From assembly GCA_000004985.1 (NCBI GenBank), contig GG738846.1: 64,000 nt of DNA. The stretch is one strand, 5' to 3'. Position 1 is the first letter of the stretch; every line of letters starts with the position of its first letter. Below, in pieces: positions 42,323-53,293 of this stretch. This stretch comes from Naegleria gruberi. Lineage: Eukaryota. Made by a program: the position numbers and the translations under genes. Below the pieces are notes generated by a model. That model was not told where the DNA came from. It searched no databases and worked only from the letters and a program-made list of their open reading frames with translations.

Positions 42323-43723
42323 ATGATGACAAATAATCCTCCACACAGGCTTTTGTTACTTGTTGTATTTGCACTGTGCATCCTTTGCTACTCATCATCA
42401 GACGCAACAACTTTCGTCCCACAACACGAAGTTTCAGATAGATTCTTCGTACCACCAACCAATGACCTCGCCATATCACCAAATACACAAAGTAGCAAAC
42501 CTATCAATACACAATCCTTCCGTACTACTTCCACTCAACAACAATGCTCATGTCCCAATTGTTATTGTAATAGTCAACAATGTCCAAAAGCAGTATCTGC
42601 AAATTCCTATCTAGTTCTCTCAGCAATGGAAGACTGTGCTGCCAATAATCAAGTTCCTGCTATTGGTCTTGTAAATATTCAATCAACTTCATCTTCAAAC
42701 CAATTCAAATATGGACTCGTTGATGAGGATAATAAGAATAAGGCATTGAGTGGTCAAGGTTTTAAATATTATGCCTATAAGAGTAACTTGGAAACTGCCA
42801 CTGATTGTGTGAGTGATAGTACACCTGCAATTAGAGTTACTGGAAAGGCATATTTAATTGCAAAAAGTTCTAATTTACTACTGGATACAAATGTCAGATT
42901 TAATATTCAAATGTCTTGTGTACTTGCTCCATTTTCAACTATTTCAATGAGTGTTAAACCAATGGATTATTCTAGATTTTATGTTGGTAAGAGAATGATG
43001 TGGTCTTTTTCATTTGTAAATCAATATGATAATGTTGACACTTGGCAGAAAGGTACTTTAATGACACCTGATAATGTTCTTGCATCAGTCAATAATGGAG
43101 TTGCCTCTCTCATTCATACCCCTTCTACTGTTGGTCAATTATCCCTCGACCTTAAATATACACCTGATTCCACAGTTTACGGAAGTATTTTCAACTTTGC
43201 TACTAAACCATTGGAAGTTTTCAAAATGGCTGTTGATGGATCAATTGAGGTTACTGATAAAGTACAACTCAAAAAAGAATTCCAAGTGAAATACACCATC
43301 AAGGATAGTGATGGAACTGTAACACCAAAGGTTGATTTGTCAAAATTGAGTTTTGTCTGCCCAGAAGTAGATTTGGTTTGTGTTAATCCAACAAGTGATG
43401 CTGGATCTGGGTCAAGTGTAACATGTACTGCAGGAAAGAGCGGTATTGCTGTCATTTTAATGCAATTCGATGGTAAAACAATTGATGCTTCTAGAAATGT
43501 AGCAGTTATAGAAATTGATCCAAATGCCAATGATAATGGAAAGTATTGGATCGACTATCAATCAGCAATTGTTGCAATGCTTGTTTTGGCTGTCATTGTA
43601 ATTGGAATTGTAGTAATTGCAGGTGCTGCTGGAATTTTCATATATTTTAAAAGAAGAAGAGCTGCCCAACCTCAAAAGATTAGATTATCAGAGGATGAAC
43701 AAGCTGAAGATTTAGAGGCATAA
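42323..43723 (+). CDS. type I membrane / surface protein, hypothetical: signal peptide, Cys-rich N-terminal region, large S/T/N-rich ectodomain, single C-terminal TM, short charged tail
   Basis: The signal peptide is MMTNNPPHRLLLLVVFALCILCYSSSDA. The TM is AIVAMLVLAVIVIGIVVIAGAAGIFIYF, followed by KRRRAAQ. There are many N-glycosylation sequons. Confidence 0.6.
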   Translation: MMTNNPPHRLLLLVVFALCILCYSSSDATTFVPQHEVSDRFFVPPTNDLAISPNTQSSKPINTQSFRTTSTQQQCSCPNCYCNSQQCPKAVSANSYLVLSAMEDCAANNQVPAIGLVNIQSTSSSNQFKYGLVDEDNKNKALSGQGFKYYAYKSNLETATDCVSDSTPAIRVTGKAYLIAKSSNLLLDTNVRFNIQMSCVLAPFSTISMSVKPMDYSRFYVGKRMMWSFSFVNQYDNVDTWQKGTLMTPDNVLASVNNGVASLIHTPSTVGQLSLDLKYTPDSTVYGSIFNFATKPLEVFKMAVDGSIEVTDKVQLKKEFQVKYTIKDSDGTVTPKVDLSKLSFVCPEVDLVCVNPTSDAGSGSSVTCTAGKSGIAVILMQFDGKTIDASRNVAVIEIDPNANDNGKYWIDYQSAIVAMLVLAVIVIGIVVIAGAAGIFIYFKRRRAAQPQKIRLSEDEQAEDLEA

Positions 43724-43808
43724 ATAAATCTATTTCTAAAGAACATTTTAACTTCCTCCTAGTAACAAAATTAAGAATATTTATATTTAACAATTTAAGA
43801 ATGTGAAT

Positions 43809-43926
43809 GGCTACGGCCATATCACGATTCATGCACCTCATCCCGTCCGATTTGAGAAGTTAAGCATCGTAGAGCCACATCAGTACTGAGGTTGGAGACA
43901 ACTTGGGAACCTGTGGTGCTGTAGTC
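43809..43926 (+). rRNA. 5S ribosomal RNA (single copy, Pol III, followed by a TTTT terminator)
   Basis: GGCTACGGCCATATCACG...CATCCCGTCCGATTTGAGAAGTTAAGC...GGGAACCTGTGGTGCTGTAGTC matches the conserved 5S boxes. Helix I pairs GGCUACGGC with GCUGUAGUC. TTTT lies at 43927-43930. Confidence 0.85.
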
Positions 43927-44157
43927 TTTTATCTTTTAGAAGTGTTTAACATTTCATAGCTGTATTAGAGTTGATATGGTTTGTATGGATCTGAGCTACC
44001 TTTGAAAGTTTAACTGGTTGTCTGGATATCATTAAAAAGACATCAAATGATCAGATTCTTATTTAATAAATCACCTCCATTCTTTACAAAGTTCACCTCA
44101 ACACACAACATTAATAAACAAAACACTGGTGAACTTTAATGAATAGTTACAAAAAAA

Positions 44158-44610
44158 ATGCTCACAACATTAAACTCACTTTTTAAACAGAATAAATCAT
44201 CAGCAATACTCTCTAATAACGCAATCAGAGGTATCATCACGAGGAGATTATTTCATCATCAAAATCACACATTATCAATACCAGTAGTTGATGACGAATT
44301 TCCAATTAAAACCAAATTTACAATTCGCTCAGATTTACGATTTAAATTTGATCATCATAAAACAGAATCTCTTGGGAAGAGACACAAATTACTGTTACAA
44401 GTGGGGAGGAGGGGTAAAAATCTTACTTTTAATTTAGGGGTGTTGGCTAGAAAATTACGAAATAATTGGGGGGGTAAAAACATTATTTATTTAATTATTT
44501 CTTTACTGATTCTTCAAATTGTGATTTCTTTGGTACTCCACGTTTCTAATTCTATAGTGGTTCTTCTTCTTGTTCCAATTCCTTCTCTTGTTAAACCTAT
44601 GGAATTATAG
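44158..44610 (+). CDS. hypothetical protein (150 aa) with a basic N-terminus (possible organellar presequence) and a C-terminal hydrophobic segment
   Basis: AAAAAAAATG start. There are no recognisable domains and the coding status is uncertain. Confidence 0.3.
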   Translation: MLTTLNSLFKQNKSSAILSNNAIRGIITRRLFHHQNHTLSIPVVDDEFPIKTKFTIRSDLRFKFDHHKTESLGKRHKLLLQVGRRGKNLTFNLGVLARKLRNNWGGKNIIYLIISLLILQIVISLVLHVSNSIVVLLLVPIPSLVKPMEL

Positions 44611-45066
44611 TTGCTGGGAAAGTCTTCTTAACTTTTTCTTTGGTTATTTTTGTCCGTATGTGGTGAAGTACAAACCATTGTATTGTGCTGGTTGTTGTTG
44701 ATTAATCTTCCTTTCTATTTACAAAAGTGTCTTCTAAGGTAATGAATCATCAGTTTGTACCAATGGTCATCCTTAATTAATTTCTTGATGGTAATAGCTG
44801 TAGGAATTCATGAAGCGAAGGTGAGGCGTGTTATTGTTGTGGAAACATTTGGAAGTGCTTTTGTTTTGGTAGAGGGTTAGTTGTATTGAGGTTTTTTTAA
44901 AATATTTTTTTACTTTTATTAAGCTTTTACAATAAAGAAAAATCAAGCAAGCTGAAAGCTAAGCTTGGTTTTTCTTAAAATTTTAATAAAATTACATAAC
45001 ACACGAGTGGGGTGGATAAAATATTATTTTACATACGAGTGGGGTCAAAACGAAGGACCGTAATTA

Positions 45067-45840
45067 ATGTCTCTTCCCCTTCTGAAAATTAAGAAATGGT
45101 CAATTCCGATAAATGAAACATCGAAACTAAGTGCCAAGCAACAAATTATGATTATTCAATATGCTGGTCAATTGTTTGAGTTGACTAGTATGGTGGAAGG
45201 ATTGATAACTCCATTGATGAGAGGGGAGGATTTAACAATTGCTAATTCAGATTATTTATTTGATTTGGAAAGAAATGATCTTTATTTGAGTACTATTTGT
45301 AGAGCTAGAGAAGGGAAAATTTTACAATTTCTAGTAAAGCCAGGAGATTGGGTCGAGAGAAATCAAGCTGGAATAATTATTGAGAGAGAAAAAAAAGTTG
45401 AGGAGTGGAAATTCCTTAAACCAGGTAGAATTCTCGAAGTTAATTTAAAAGTTGGAGATCACGTTGGCTTTTTTTATTCACCATTCACAATGATGGAGAA
45501 GGAAAGTGGCGAAACTAATCTTCCATTAGCTGATTGCAAATTTATTGGAATTAGCAATGAAAATCCAAAATATAGACCTGATATGGCTCCTCAAATGTAT
45601 TATTTTGAGAATCACAATTGTGGAATTAGTACAAAAGAATACTATACTGAAATATATGATATAGAGTGGCTTGTTAAAGAAGGTCAATTGGTAAAGAAGG
45701 GAGATTTACTTTGTTCATATCAAGTACCCAAATTAAGATTGGAATTTATGAGTCCATATGATGGGAAAATTGTGTGGCTCAGAAGAGATGATTCCATGTT
45801 CATTGGGGATTCATTTTTTGAAATAATAGTTCACCAATAA
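45067..45840 (+). CDS. hypothetical protein with two lipoyl/biotinyl-attachment-like (hybrid beta-barrel) segments lacking the canonical modified Lys
   Basis: VKPGDWVERNQAGIIIEREKK and VKEGQLVKKGDLLCSYQVPKLRLEFMSPYDGKIVWL resemble the VxxGDxV...SPxDGxI pattern. The call is not secure. Confidence 0.45.
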   Translation: MSLPLLKIKKWSIPINETSKLSAKQQIMIIQYAGQLFELTSMVEGLITPLMRGEDLTIANSDYLFDLERNDLYLSTICRAREGKILQFLVKPGDWVERNQAGIIIEREKKVEEWKFLKPGRILEVNLKVGDHVGFFYSPFTMMEKESGETNLPLADCKFIGISNENPKYRPDMAPQMYYFENHNCGISTKEYYTEIYDIEWLVKEGQLVKKGDLLCSYQVPKLRLEFMSPYDGKIVWLRRDDSMFIGDSFFEIIVHQ

Positions 45841-45853
45841 AGTTTCCACCAAA

Positions 45854-48126
45854 TTATTCTACTAAAATGGTTGAAGAAACAACCTTATTATCAAGTAATT
45901 TTCTAACTTCCATATTGAATGGACGTTTTGCAAGAATATTCTGAACAGTTTGTCTCAAATTTGTAAAAATCTTCCACTCATTACAAGCATTATCATCTGG
46001 TAATTGAATGACAACATCAAAGACTGGATCGGCTTTCAATTGAAGTCTCATCTTTTCACCATCTTTTGTTGCGTTTCTATCACCTAATCAATTATTGAAA
46101 ATTAAAATTACTGCAATATTGTAAACTTACTCATAATTACACTTTCAACACCACCCAACAAGTCGCATAAAATTGGATTTTTGAGAATGGATTTCATATC
46201 ACCATGCGCACTACCACAAAGAACAACCCCTCTCTGTGCGATGGTTCTTGCAGTACTGACCTCATCCCTGGTTCCAATCTCATCAATTACAATGACTTCT
46301 GGTGTGTGATTCTGAACGGCTTGAATCATTACTTCTTGTTGTCTTCTAATGTCAGCTACTTGCATTCTTCTGGCCTTACCAATCGCCACATGAGGTACAT
46401 CTCCAAAACCACCAATCTCACAAGAGGTGTCAACTACGACAACTCTTCTTGATTCAGAAAGCGTCTTGGCAAAATCTCTGATAAAAGTCGTCTTTCCTGA
46501 ACCTGGTTTACCCAAAAGCAAAATGCTCTTCCCTTGTTCAATCAAGTCTGAGAATACTTTCGATCTTCCCATTACTGCCCTGCCTACTCTCAATGTGAGT
46601 CCAATAATTTTTTCACTTCTATTGAGCATGGCACTAATTCTATGTAAGGCGCCATCGATTCCAGCTCTGTTATCAGTTCCAAAGGATAGCTTACTGACAA
46701 CTTCATCAATGTCCTCCTGTTTAACAATAAATGAGTTATCAATGTGCGATTCCTTCTTGTGGTAGTAGAATAATTCATAGGGTCTTCCCTTATCCATGGC
46801 CACTTCAATTAAATTCATCACGTCCTCACCTGAAATTGTTGACAACTGTTCTTGAATCTTCTTTGGGAATAACTCCAAGAAACTGTAAATTTGATTAATA
46901 ATTGTGACATTGTAATCAGTTTGATGAGTTAGAATTGCAACATCTTGTTGAGCAGACTCCTGACCTGCTGTTGGAGATTTCTTAATTTGGAGTATGTCCA
47001 AAATGAAATTCCACAATTTTTTCACTTCAGAATCCACTTGAGCAAACACTTGTTTTGCCTCATCTTCCAAAGGAGGTGTCATGGCCTTACACAGCTGTAC
47101 CAGAGTTCTGACATCTCCAGAAGCATAATTCAACATTTCTTCAGTAAAAACTTTCTTTGCCCAACTATTTCTCATATGAAGATTCTTGCCCAAATCTTTG
47201 AAAGCATTTCCTGGAACGTTATAGAGCATACACAAATCATTGAATGAAATATTTCTTTGGGTTTGATGAAGAATTTGATAGAGAATTGAAGTGTCCACAA
47301 TTGAGGAAACACAAATATCAAAGTCCTTATATAGTCCACATAAATCATTCTCACAATTGTGAATAATTTTCAAAATGGTTTCGTCTTCAAGTATTTTCTT
47401 TACAGTTTCGGTGATGGTTGGATTTTTGAGTTTCATATCGAACAAGTATTGAGTGTTGTGAGCTGAAATCTGTACAAGAGTCAACACTCCATTAATTCCC
47501 AAATTAACACCTTCGCAATCGAATCCTACTAATTTGGTATTGAACTTGGACATGTCAGAGAGGAATTGCTGGGCAAGAGCTGGAGTATTGACAAGCACAA
47601 TATCGCTCTTATTGGCATTACCTACACTCACAACAGTGGATGAGCTGCCAGCTGTCAACTGAGAACTATTAGCAACAGAAGTAGAAGCAGAAGTAGGTCC
47701 ATTTGCTTTTTTAATTTGCTCTACCATGGAATTCAATTTAGTTCTAACATTTTTAATTGACCTTTTGCCTGTCTTATCAAAGGCAGCTGCCAATTGCAAG
47801 GTTGTTAATTGTTCCAACAAGTCGTAATCACTAGAAAATTGTTGATGCAAATTGGCCAAGACAAGGTTCGGAACTTGAACCATAAGAGTCATGGTATCTT
47901 GCTCTTCATTATAAGAGAACCATCTCTCACTCTCTCCACTAAATAATACATCATAGATGTATTGCCAATCGGGAAGGTCTTCGAATTGTGTCTGATGAGG
48001 TTCGAATGAGTAGCCATTCTCTAAATACTTTTCAAATATTTCACTCTTGGTTGGTTTTCTATTGCTGAGCGCACTGATGGAGCAGACACGGATGAGTTTA
48101 TCAAGATAATTGGTTGTGGTGGCCAT
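45854..48126 (-). CDS. fusion protein: N-terminal DEDDy 3'-5' exonuclease domain plus C-terminal Ycf45/SpoIIIAA-like P-loop ATPase. Two exons: 48126..46131 and 46083..45854 (intron 46084-46130, GTAAGT...GATTAG, phase 1)
   Basis: Exo motif I is LVGFDCEGV, motif II is KIIHNCENDLCGL, and motif III is NYASGDVRTL. The ATPase region has LLGKPGSGKTTFIRD, VVVVDTSCEIGGFGDVPHVAIGKARRMQV, IVIDEIGTRDEVSTARTIAQRGVVLCGSAHG and a preceding GIDGALHRIS. Splicing joins ...GGVESVIMS to DRNATKDGEKMRLQ... in frame. Confidence 0.7.
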
Positions 48127-48636
48127 TTTGTTTTTTGAGTGTTGATGAATTGCTCTCAGAGATGGTTGATTTGGAATTGAATTTGTTCAGTCCGACTTGT
48201 GAATTCCCACCAATCAAACAGCTCCAATATATTCCTTTTAAGAAGTAGTATTTCAGATTCTTCCACATCAATATGCTCAATTTTAATAAAAAATCTTTCA
48301 ATGTTAATCCTCTTCTACAATGTATTACAATGTATCTCCATTAATTTTGGTGTACCTTGTTTTGCATGTAATTTTCAAATGAACATTGGCTAATCAAGGT
48401 ACATTAAAGTTGTTTAATGGAAGAAGAAAAACAGGTTTTTGAAATTGAGTTCTTCTCAACCTTAGTTTAATAATTCTTTTATTGATATCGAAGTTCTAAT
48501 AATTTTCCTCTTTGGCAACTCAGAAGAACCAATATTGTGTGTTGATGTGGTGAGTAAAGATGATGTTTTGTTAGATACAGAAGAAGCAGTTGTCGGCAAG
48601 GCAAGAAGCGGAGTTATTGCACTATGATTCATCAAT

Positions 48637-48936
48637 TTACATTTCCCAATGGATTGTTCCTGTTTCTTCTCTGTTTGTATTGGTTACATTAACACTACTG
48701 CATGTAGTAGTTGATTGAGTGAACCATTGATTGAAAACAGTTTCATAATGATTCAACAATTCTGTCGACTTTACAAACATTTGATTACCACTGACCTTCT
48801 TCTTTGAAGGTCTGCCTCTTTTCTTTGGTATTTGCAAAGTAGTATTACCATTCATTTGGGATGTTTGGGAAGTGTTGGGTGAAAAATCAATAATTGAAAA
48901 CTTGTTATACTTGGTCATTTGAGGAGCATTAAGCAA
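48637..48936 (-). CDS. small hypothetical protein with an AT-hook-like motif (KKRGRPSKKK)
   Basis: 99-aa ORF in a 1.3-kb intergenic interval. Support is weak. Confidence 0.25.
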   Translation of the reverse strand: MLNAPQMTKYNKFSIIDFSPNTSQTSQMNGNTTLQIPKKRGRPSKKKVSGNQMFVKSTELLNHYETVFNQWFTQSTTTCSSVNVTNTNREETGTIHWEM

Positions 48937-49450
48937 TGATTGTGTTCTTGTTTTTTATAATGTCTGTTGTGGACCAGTAACAGGTGAGTAACAGTTTTCT
49001 AAGGTTTTTGATACAGCTTAATATTATTCTCTATCGATTTTACGCTAGCTTGTGAACATCTTAAATATGAAATTGGTTTCAAATTACATAAAAACACACT
49101 TCTCTATAGAGACAGAATGCAACAGTGTTAGTCATTACGTGTATTTCAGTTATTTTGCTGTAATTTATCACTTGAGAATGATGCTTGTCAACCAATTATA
49201 CAACGAACTTCTGAAGCAATTAGATATTTGTGCTTAATAGTACATAGAGAAGAAACTGGTTCAACTTCCTATTGGCAATAAGCCACAAAGGAGTGCAAGT
49301 TCAAATTTTAATTCTTTAGTATTTGGGTCTTGTTTGGATATCTATTCAAACGATGCTATTTATAATTCTCTTCTAATATTACTCAATAATTGTTGCAATT
49401 ATTTATGTTCATCATCAAATTTTGAGAATTTAAAAATTTAATTAAAAAAA

Positions 49451-50953
49451 ATGTCAGTCTTTTACAAGTTTAAATCCGCAAAGGATTATGATACAATCAC
49501 AGTGGAAGGCAATGGCATTTCCTTGTCCAAATTAAAACAGAGTATTGCTACACAAAAGAAGTTACCTAAAACAATGGACTATGATCTTGTCTTGGAAAAC
49601 GCTCAAACTGGAGAAGTGTACAAGTATGATCAAGATGTTGTACCAAAGAATACTTCAGTGCTGGTTAAAAGAGTACCTGTAACAAGAAGTGTAGGATCTG
49701 CTAATAATAATCCTTCTGCAAATTCCCAGCCTGCCATCATTCCTCCATCTAATAATAATTCATCATCACTCCTCTCTAATAATAATAATAATACAAATCA
49801 AAAGAGTTTAACAGGAAGCCTATTTTCAAGAAATACATCGTCAAATGATAGCGGAGCATCTTTTGCTTCTGTTTTTTCTGGATCAAGTGGGAACGAGACA
49901 ACAGAGGAAACAATAGGAGAAGAACAAAAATTGAGAGATTTAGCAAATAATACAGGAAAATGGATTCCGGATACACCAAGTCAACAACAGCATCATTCCC
50001 AATCAAAACGTATTCCTCCACCAAATTATATTTGTCACAGATGTAAAAAGACAGGACATTACATTCAACATTGTCCAACTAATGGCGATGCTAGATATAA
50101 TATTAAAACTATTCGTATTCCAGTTGGTATTCCAAAGAGTTTTTTACAACCTATTGAAGCACCAAAAGCCGATTCAAATAATACAGTTGTAATGCCTGGA
50201 GGAAATTTAGCTGTTTTGGCACCAAATGAAAAGGAATTTTCAAAGATTTTAGGTAAGAAGAATGTGGAAATTAGGGAAGTTCCAAAAGAATTCCAATGCT
50301 CAATTTGTTCAAAGATCTTAACTGATGCTGTCACCATTCCATGCTGTAAAACAAATTATTGCAATAATTGCATTACTCATGCATTAATACATGATACTCA
50401 TTTAACTTGTCCAAATTGTAAATCTCCTGATCAATCTATTGATGCTCTAGCTCCAAATTATGATCTAAGAAGGAGAGTTGACAATTATAAAGCAAATTTG
50501 GATTCAGGTGCTCCTCCTTCACTTCTCAGTACTGCAACAAGTCAATTTAATTCATCATCTAGTTACCATAATTCTAATAACAACTCTAATAATTATAATA
50601 ACAGTAATAGTGCTAAATCATCTCCACCTAGTCAAAATTACAATAGCAATAGTGGTGGAAGTAACAATCACCGATATGATAGTCATGACAATAAACAAGA
50701 CAATCGATCTGGATCTTACAATAATAGAAGTAATAATAGTTATAGAAGATCACCTCCAAGAAGAGATTCCTATGATAACAGAAGAGGAGATAATTATGAT
50801 AATAGAAGAGGAGGCTACAATGACAGAGGCAATGATAGAGGAGGTAGAAATGATCATTCGTACGATAAGTATGATAAGAGAGGTGAAAAGAGAGGAGGTT
50901 ATGATAATCGTCGTTCAGATTATGAAAGTGATAGAAAAAAGTATAAGGATTAA
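49451..50953 (+). CDS. RBBP6: RBBP6/Mpe1-type E3 ubiquitin ligase (DWNN domain, CCHC zinc knuckle, RING/U-box-like, RD/RS-like tail)
   Basis: The N-terminal MSVFYKFKSAKDYDTITVEGNGISLSKLKQ...VLVKRVP is a DWNN domain. CHRCKKTGHYIQHCP is a CCHC knuckle. CSICSKILTDAVTIPCCKTNYCNNCITHALIHDTHLTCPNCKSP is a RING-like finger. The C-terminus has R/D/N/Y-rich repeats. Confidence 0.9.
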   Translation: MSVFYKFKSAKDYDTITVEGNGISLSKLKQSIATQKKLPKTMDYDLVLENAQTGEVYKYDQDVVPKNTSVLVKRVPVTRSVGSANNNPSANSQPAIIPPSNNNSSSLLSNNNNNTNQKSLTGSLFSRNTSSNDSGASFASVFSGSSGNETTEETIGEEQKLRDLANNTGKWIPDTPSQQQHHSQSKRIPPPNYICHRCKKTGHYIQHCPTNGDARYNIKTIRIPVGIPKSFLQPIEAPKADSNNTVVMPGGNLAVLAPNEKEFSKILGKKNVEIREVPKEFQCSICSKILTDAVTIPCCKTNYCNNCITHALIHDTHLTCPNCKSPDQSIDALAPNYDLRRRVDNYKANLDSGAPPSLLSTATSQFNSSSSYHNSNNNSNNYNNSNSAKSSPPSQNYNSNSGGSNNHRYDSHDNKQDNRSGSYNNRSNNSYRRSPPRRDSYDNRRGDNYDNRRGGYNDRGNDRGGRNDHSYDKYDKRGEKRGGYDNRRSDYESDRKKYKD

Positions 50954-51140
50954 GGTATTTAACATTTTGTAAATTTACTCCAATAAATTATTGTTTTTTA
51001 TCCATCAAATTGATTAATCTCATCATGCTTTGTATTATCCACCTTGAAAGTTATTCTTTGGCACTTTCCATTTTAATAAAACAACCTGTTGTAAATAAAA
51101 TTAACAATTTATTAAATTTTAAATTTTAATTAATAAAAAA

Positions 51141-53270
51141 ATGAGCCAACAACAAAACTCATCACGGAACAATAATTATTCATACAATAATAGTAGTAAT
51201 TATAATCAATCATCGTCTTCTAGTGGTGGCAGAAGACAATATAATTCATCATCATCAGAAAGTAGTAGATATCACGATTCCTCACATAATAATAGACAAC
51301 AAGATAATAGGCAAGGAAGAGGTGGCTATAATAATAATAATACTGGTGGTGGTGCTGGAGGAGATTACAGATCATCTTCAAATAATTACAATAACAATAG
51401 AAGAAGTGATAATTATGAAGGAAATTATAGAAATTATGATCATCATAACAAGACTGTGAGTATGAAACAATCTCATCACAACAATTCCTCATCTTCTGAT
51501 TCTTTTAAATATAAAGAAAATTATAATAGAAGAGATGATAGGATAAGTAATAATAACAATAGGATTTCGGAACAAGATCATAAAAGAAAGACAGTTGATA
51601 GTAATAATGTAAACAATACTGAACATCAAGTAAAGAAAGTTAAAATTGATGAAAAACCTTCCCTTCCTCCTACTTTAAATAATTCGATCATCTCGGAAAA
51701 GAAGGATGAAAATACAGAAGAGAGATTGAAGCAACAATTAAATAACGAAACTCTTTTATTACAAAATAATGATGAAGAGCAAGTAGCAGCAAAAAGAGAA
51801 GAACGAAGAATGAGATTTAAACAAATGGAGGAATTAATTCTTTCAGAGGTTAATCCATCAACAGTAGAAAGTGAGCAAATGGAAGACAATAGCACTGAAA
51901 ATTCTGCTGATAGTGATGGCGATGAAGAAACAGTAGAACCATTGAGGGAGTATAATGCTAACGATGAGAGAGCATTATTTATTCATCAAATTGAAAAACA
52001 AAGAGAAAGGGAAATCGATGACAAATCTGATATTACAGAAGAAACAAAAGTAACTTCACTATATGATGAAGACAATTCAAACTCTGAATCACCAATCATT
52101 GACATGTTTGCAGATTCACCTGATACACTTGTAAAATTATTGAACACTAATAGTAATCTAGATAACAATACCTCAACAGAATTATATGATGATGCTGAAG
52201 GATATTACAGATATAACATTGGAGAAGTAATTAATCAACGATACAAAGTTGAACAATTCCTAGGACAAGGTGTTTTCAGTTGTGTTGTAAAAGCAACTGA
52301 TTTGAATTCCACTAAAAACACAGCCCAAACACCTACATTAGTAGCTATAAAAATAATAAGAAATATTGAATCTATGAAAAAGGCAGGGCTAAAAGAATTG
52401 GATCTATTATCCAAAATCAATGAAAAGGATACCCAAGAATATAGTATAATTAAAATGGTTGAATCATTCACGTATAGAAACCATTTATGCATTGTATTCG
52501 AATTATTGGAGATGAATTTGAGAGATGTACTAAAGAATTATGGAAAAGTGCAAGGTCACCAACACAGTGTGGGTATTTCCATACAGGCATGCAAAATCTA
52601 TACAAAACAACTTGTTAATGCCCTAAAATATATTCAAGAATGTAATATAATACACGCAGATATCAAGCCTGATAATATTTTGCTGGATCACTCACATCAA
52701 TTTGTAAAATTATCTGATTTTGGATCAGCATGTCATATCAGTGAAAATACTATAACACCATATTTAGTGTCTAGATTTTATAGAGCTCCAGAAATTATTT
52801 TAGGAATGAAGTATTCTTATCCTATTGATATGTGGAGCATTGCTTGTACTATTTATGAATTGTACACTGGTAAAATTTTATTTACATCCCAAAACAACAA
52901 TGATCATCTGAGATTAATCATGGAATTAAAAGGTAAATTTCCAAACAAGGTTCTAAAGAGGTGTGCTTTTAGAGAAAATCATTTCGAAAGTGATGGTGCC
53001 TTTTTATTTAGAGAATTCGACAAACTCACCAAGAAGATCAAGATTTCTAAAGTATACTTCCAACGAAATACTAGAGATTTGAAAGCCATGTTATTGAACT
53101 CTATGCTCCAAAACCATCAACAAGATGAGAATGGATCTGAGCAAGCACTCATGGAAGAAAAGAAGCAAGTCATGTTATTGCATGATTTCTTAGAGAAGGC
53201 ATTAGCTCTGGATCCATCAAAAAGGTTGAGTGTTAATGACGCTTTACTGCATCCATTTATTAACAATTAA
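51141..53270 (+). CDS. PRP4K: PRP4-family (PRPF4B) dual-specificity kinase with a long N/S/R-rich N-terminal domain
   Basis: The kinase motifs AIKIIRN, HADIKPDNILL, DFGSA and TPYLVSRFYRAPEIILG are the PRP4K/DYRK signature. The N-terminus is low-complexity and RS-like. Confidence 0.85.
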   Translation: MSQQQNSSRNNNYSYNNSSNYNQSSSSSGGRRQYNSSSSESSRYHDSSHNNRQQDNRQGRGGYNNNNTGGGAGGDYRSSSNNYNNNRRSDNYEGNYRNYDHHNKTVSMKQSHHNNSSSSDSFKYKENYNRRDDRISNNNNRISEQDHKRKTVDSNNVNNTEHQVKKVKIDEKPSLPPTLNNSIISEKKDENTEERLKQQLNNETLLLQNNDEEQVAAKREERRMRFKQMEELILSEVNPSTVESEQMEDNSTENSADSDGDEETVEPLREYNANDERALFIHQIEKQREREIDDKSDITEETKVTSLYDEDNSNSESPIIDMFADSPDTLVKLLNTNSNLDNNTSTELYDDAEGYYRYNIGEVINQRYKVEQFLGQGVFSCVVKATDLNSTKNTAQTPTLVAIKIIRNIESMKKAGLKELDLLSKINEKDTQEYSIIKMVESFTYRNHLCIVFELLEMNLRDVLKNYGKVQGHQHSVGISIQACKIYTKQLVNALKYIQECNIIHADIKPDNILLDHSHQFVKLSDFGSACHISENTITPYLVSRFYRAPEIILGMKYSYPIDMWSIACTIYELYTGKILFTSQNNNDHLRLIMELKGKFPNKVLKRCAFRENHFESDGAFLFREFDKLTKKIKISKVYFQRNTRDLKAMLLNSMLQNHQQDENGSEQALMEEKKQVMLLHDFLEKALALDPSKRLSVNDALLHPFINN

Positions 53271-53293
53271 TATTTCATTAAATACTGTACAAT

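Noticed and set aside
50478-50972. 164-aa alternative-frame ORF overlapping the 3' end of RBBP6, and similar ORFs at 51220-51492 inside PRP4K
   Set aside because: They are ile/val-rich translations of the A/T-rich RD/RS-like repeat region in the wrong frame. The sense frames carry recognisable domains.
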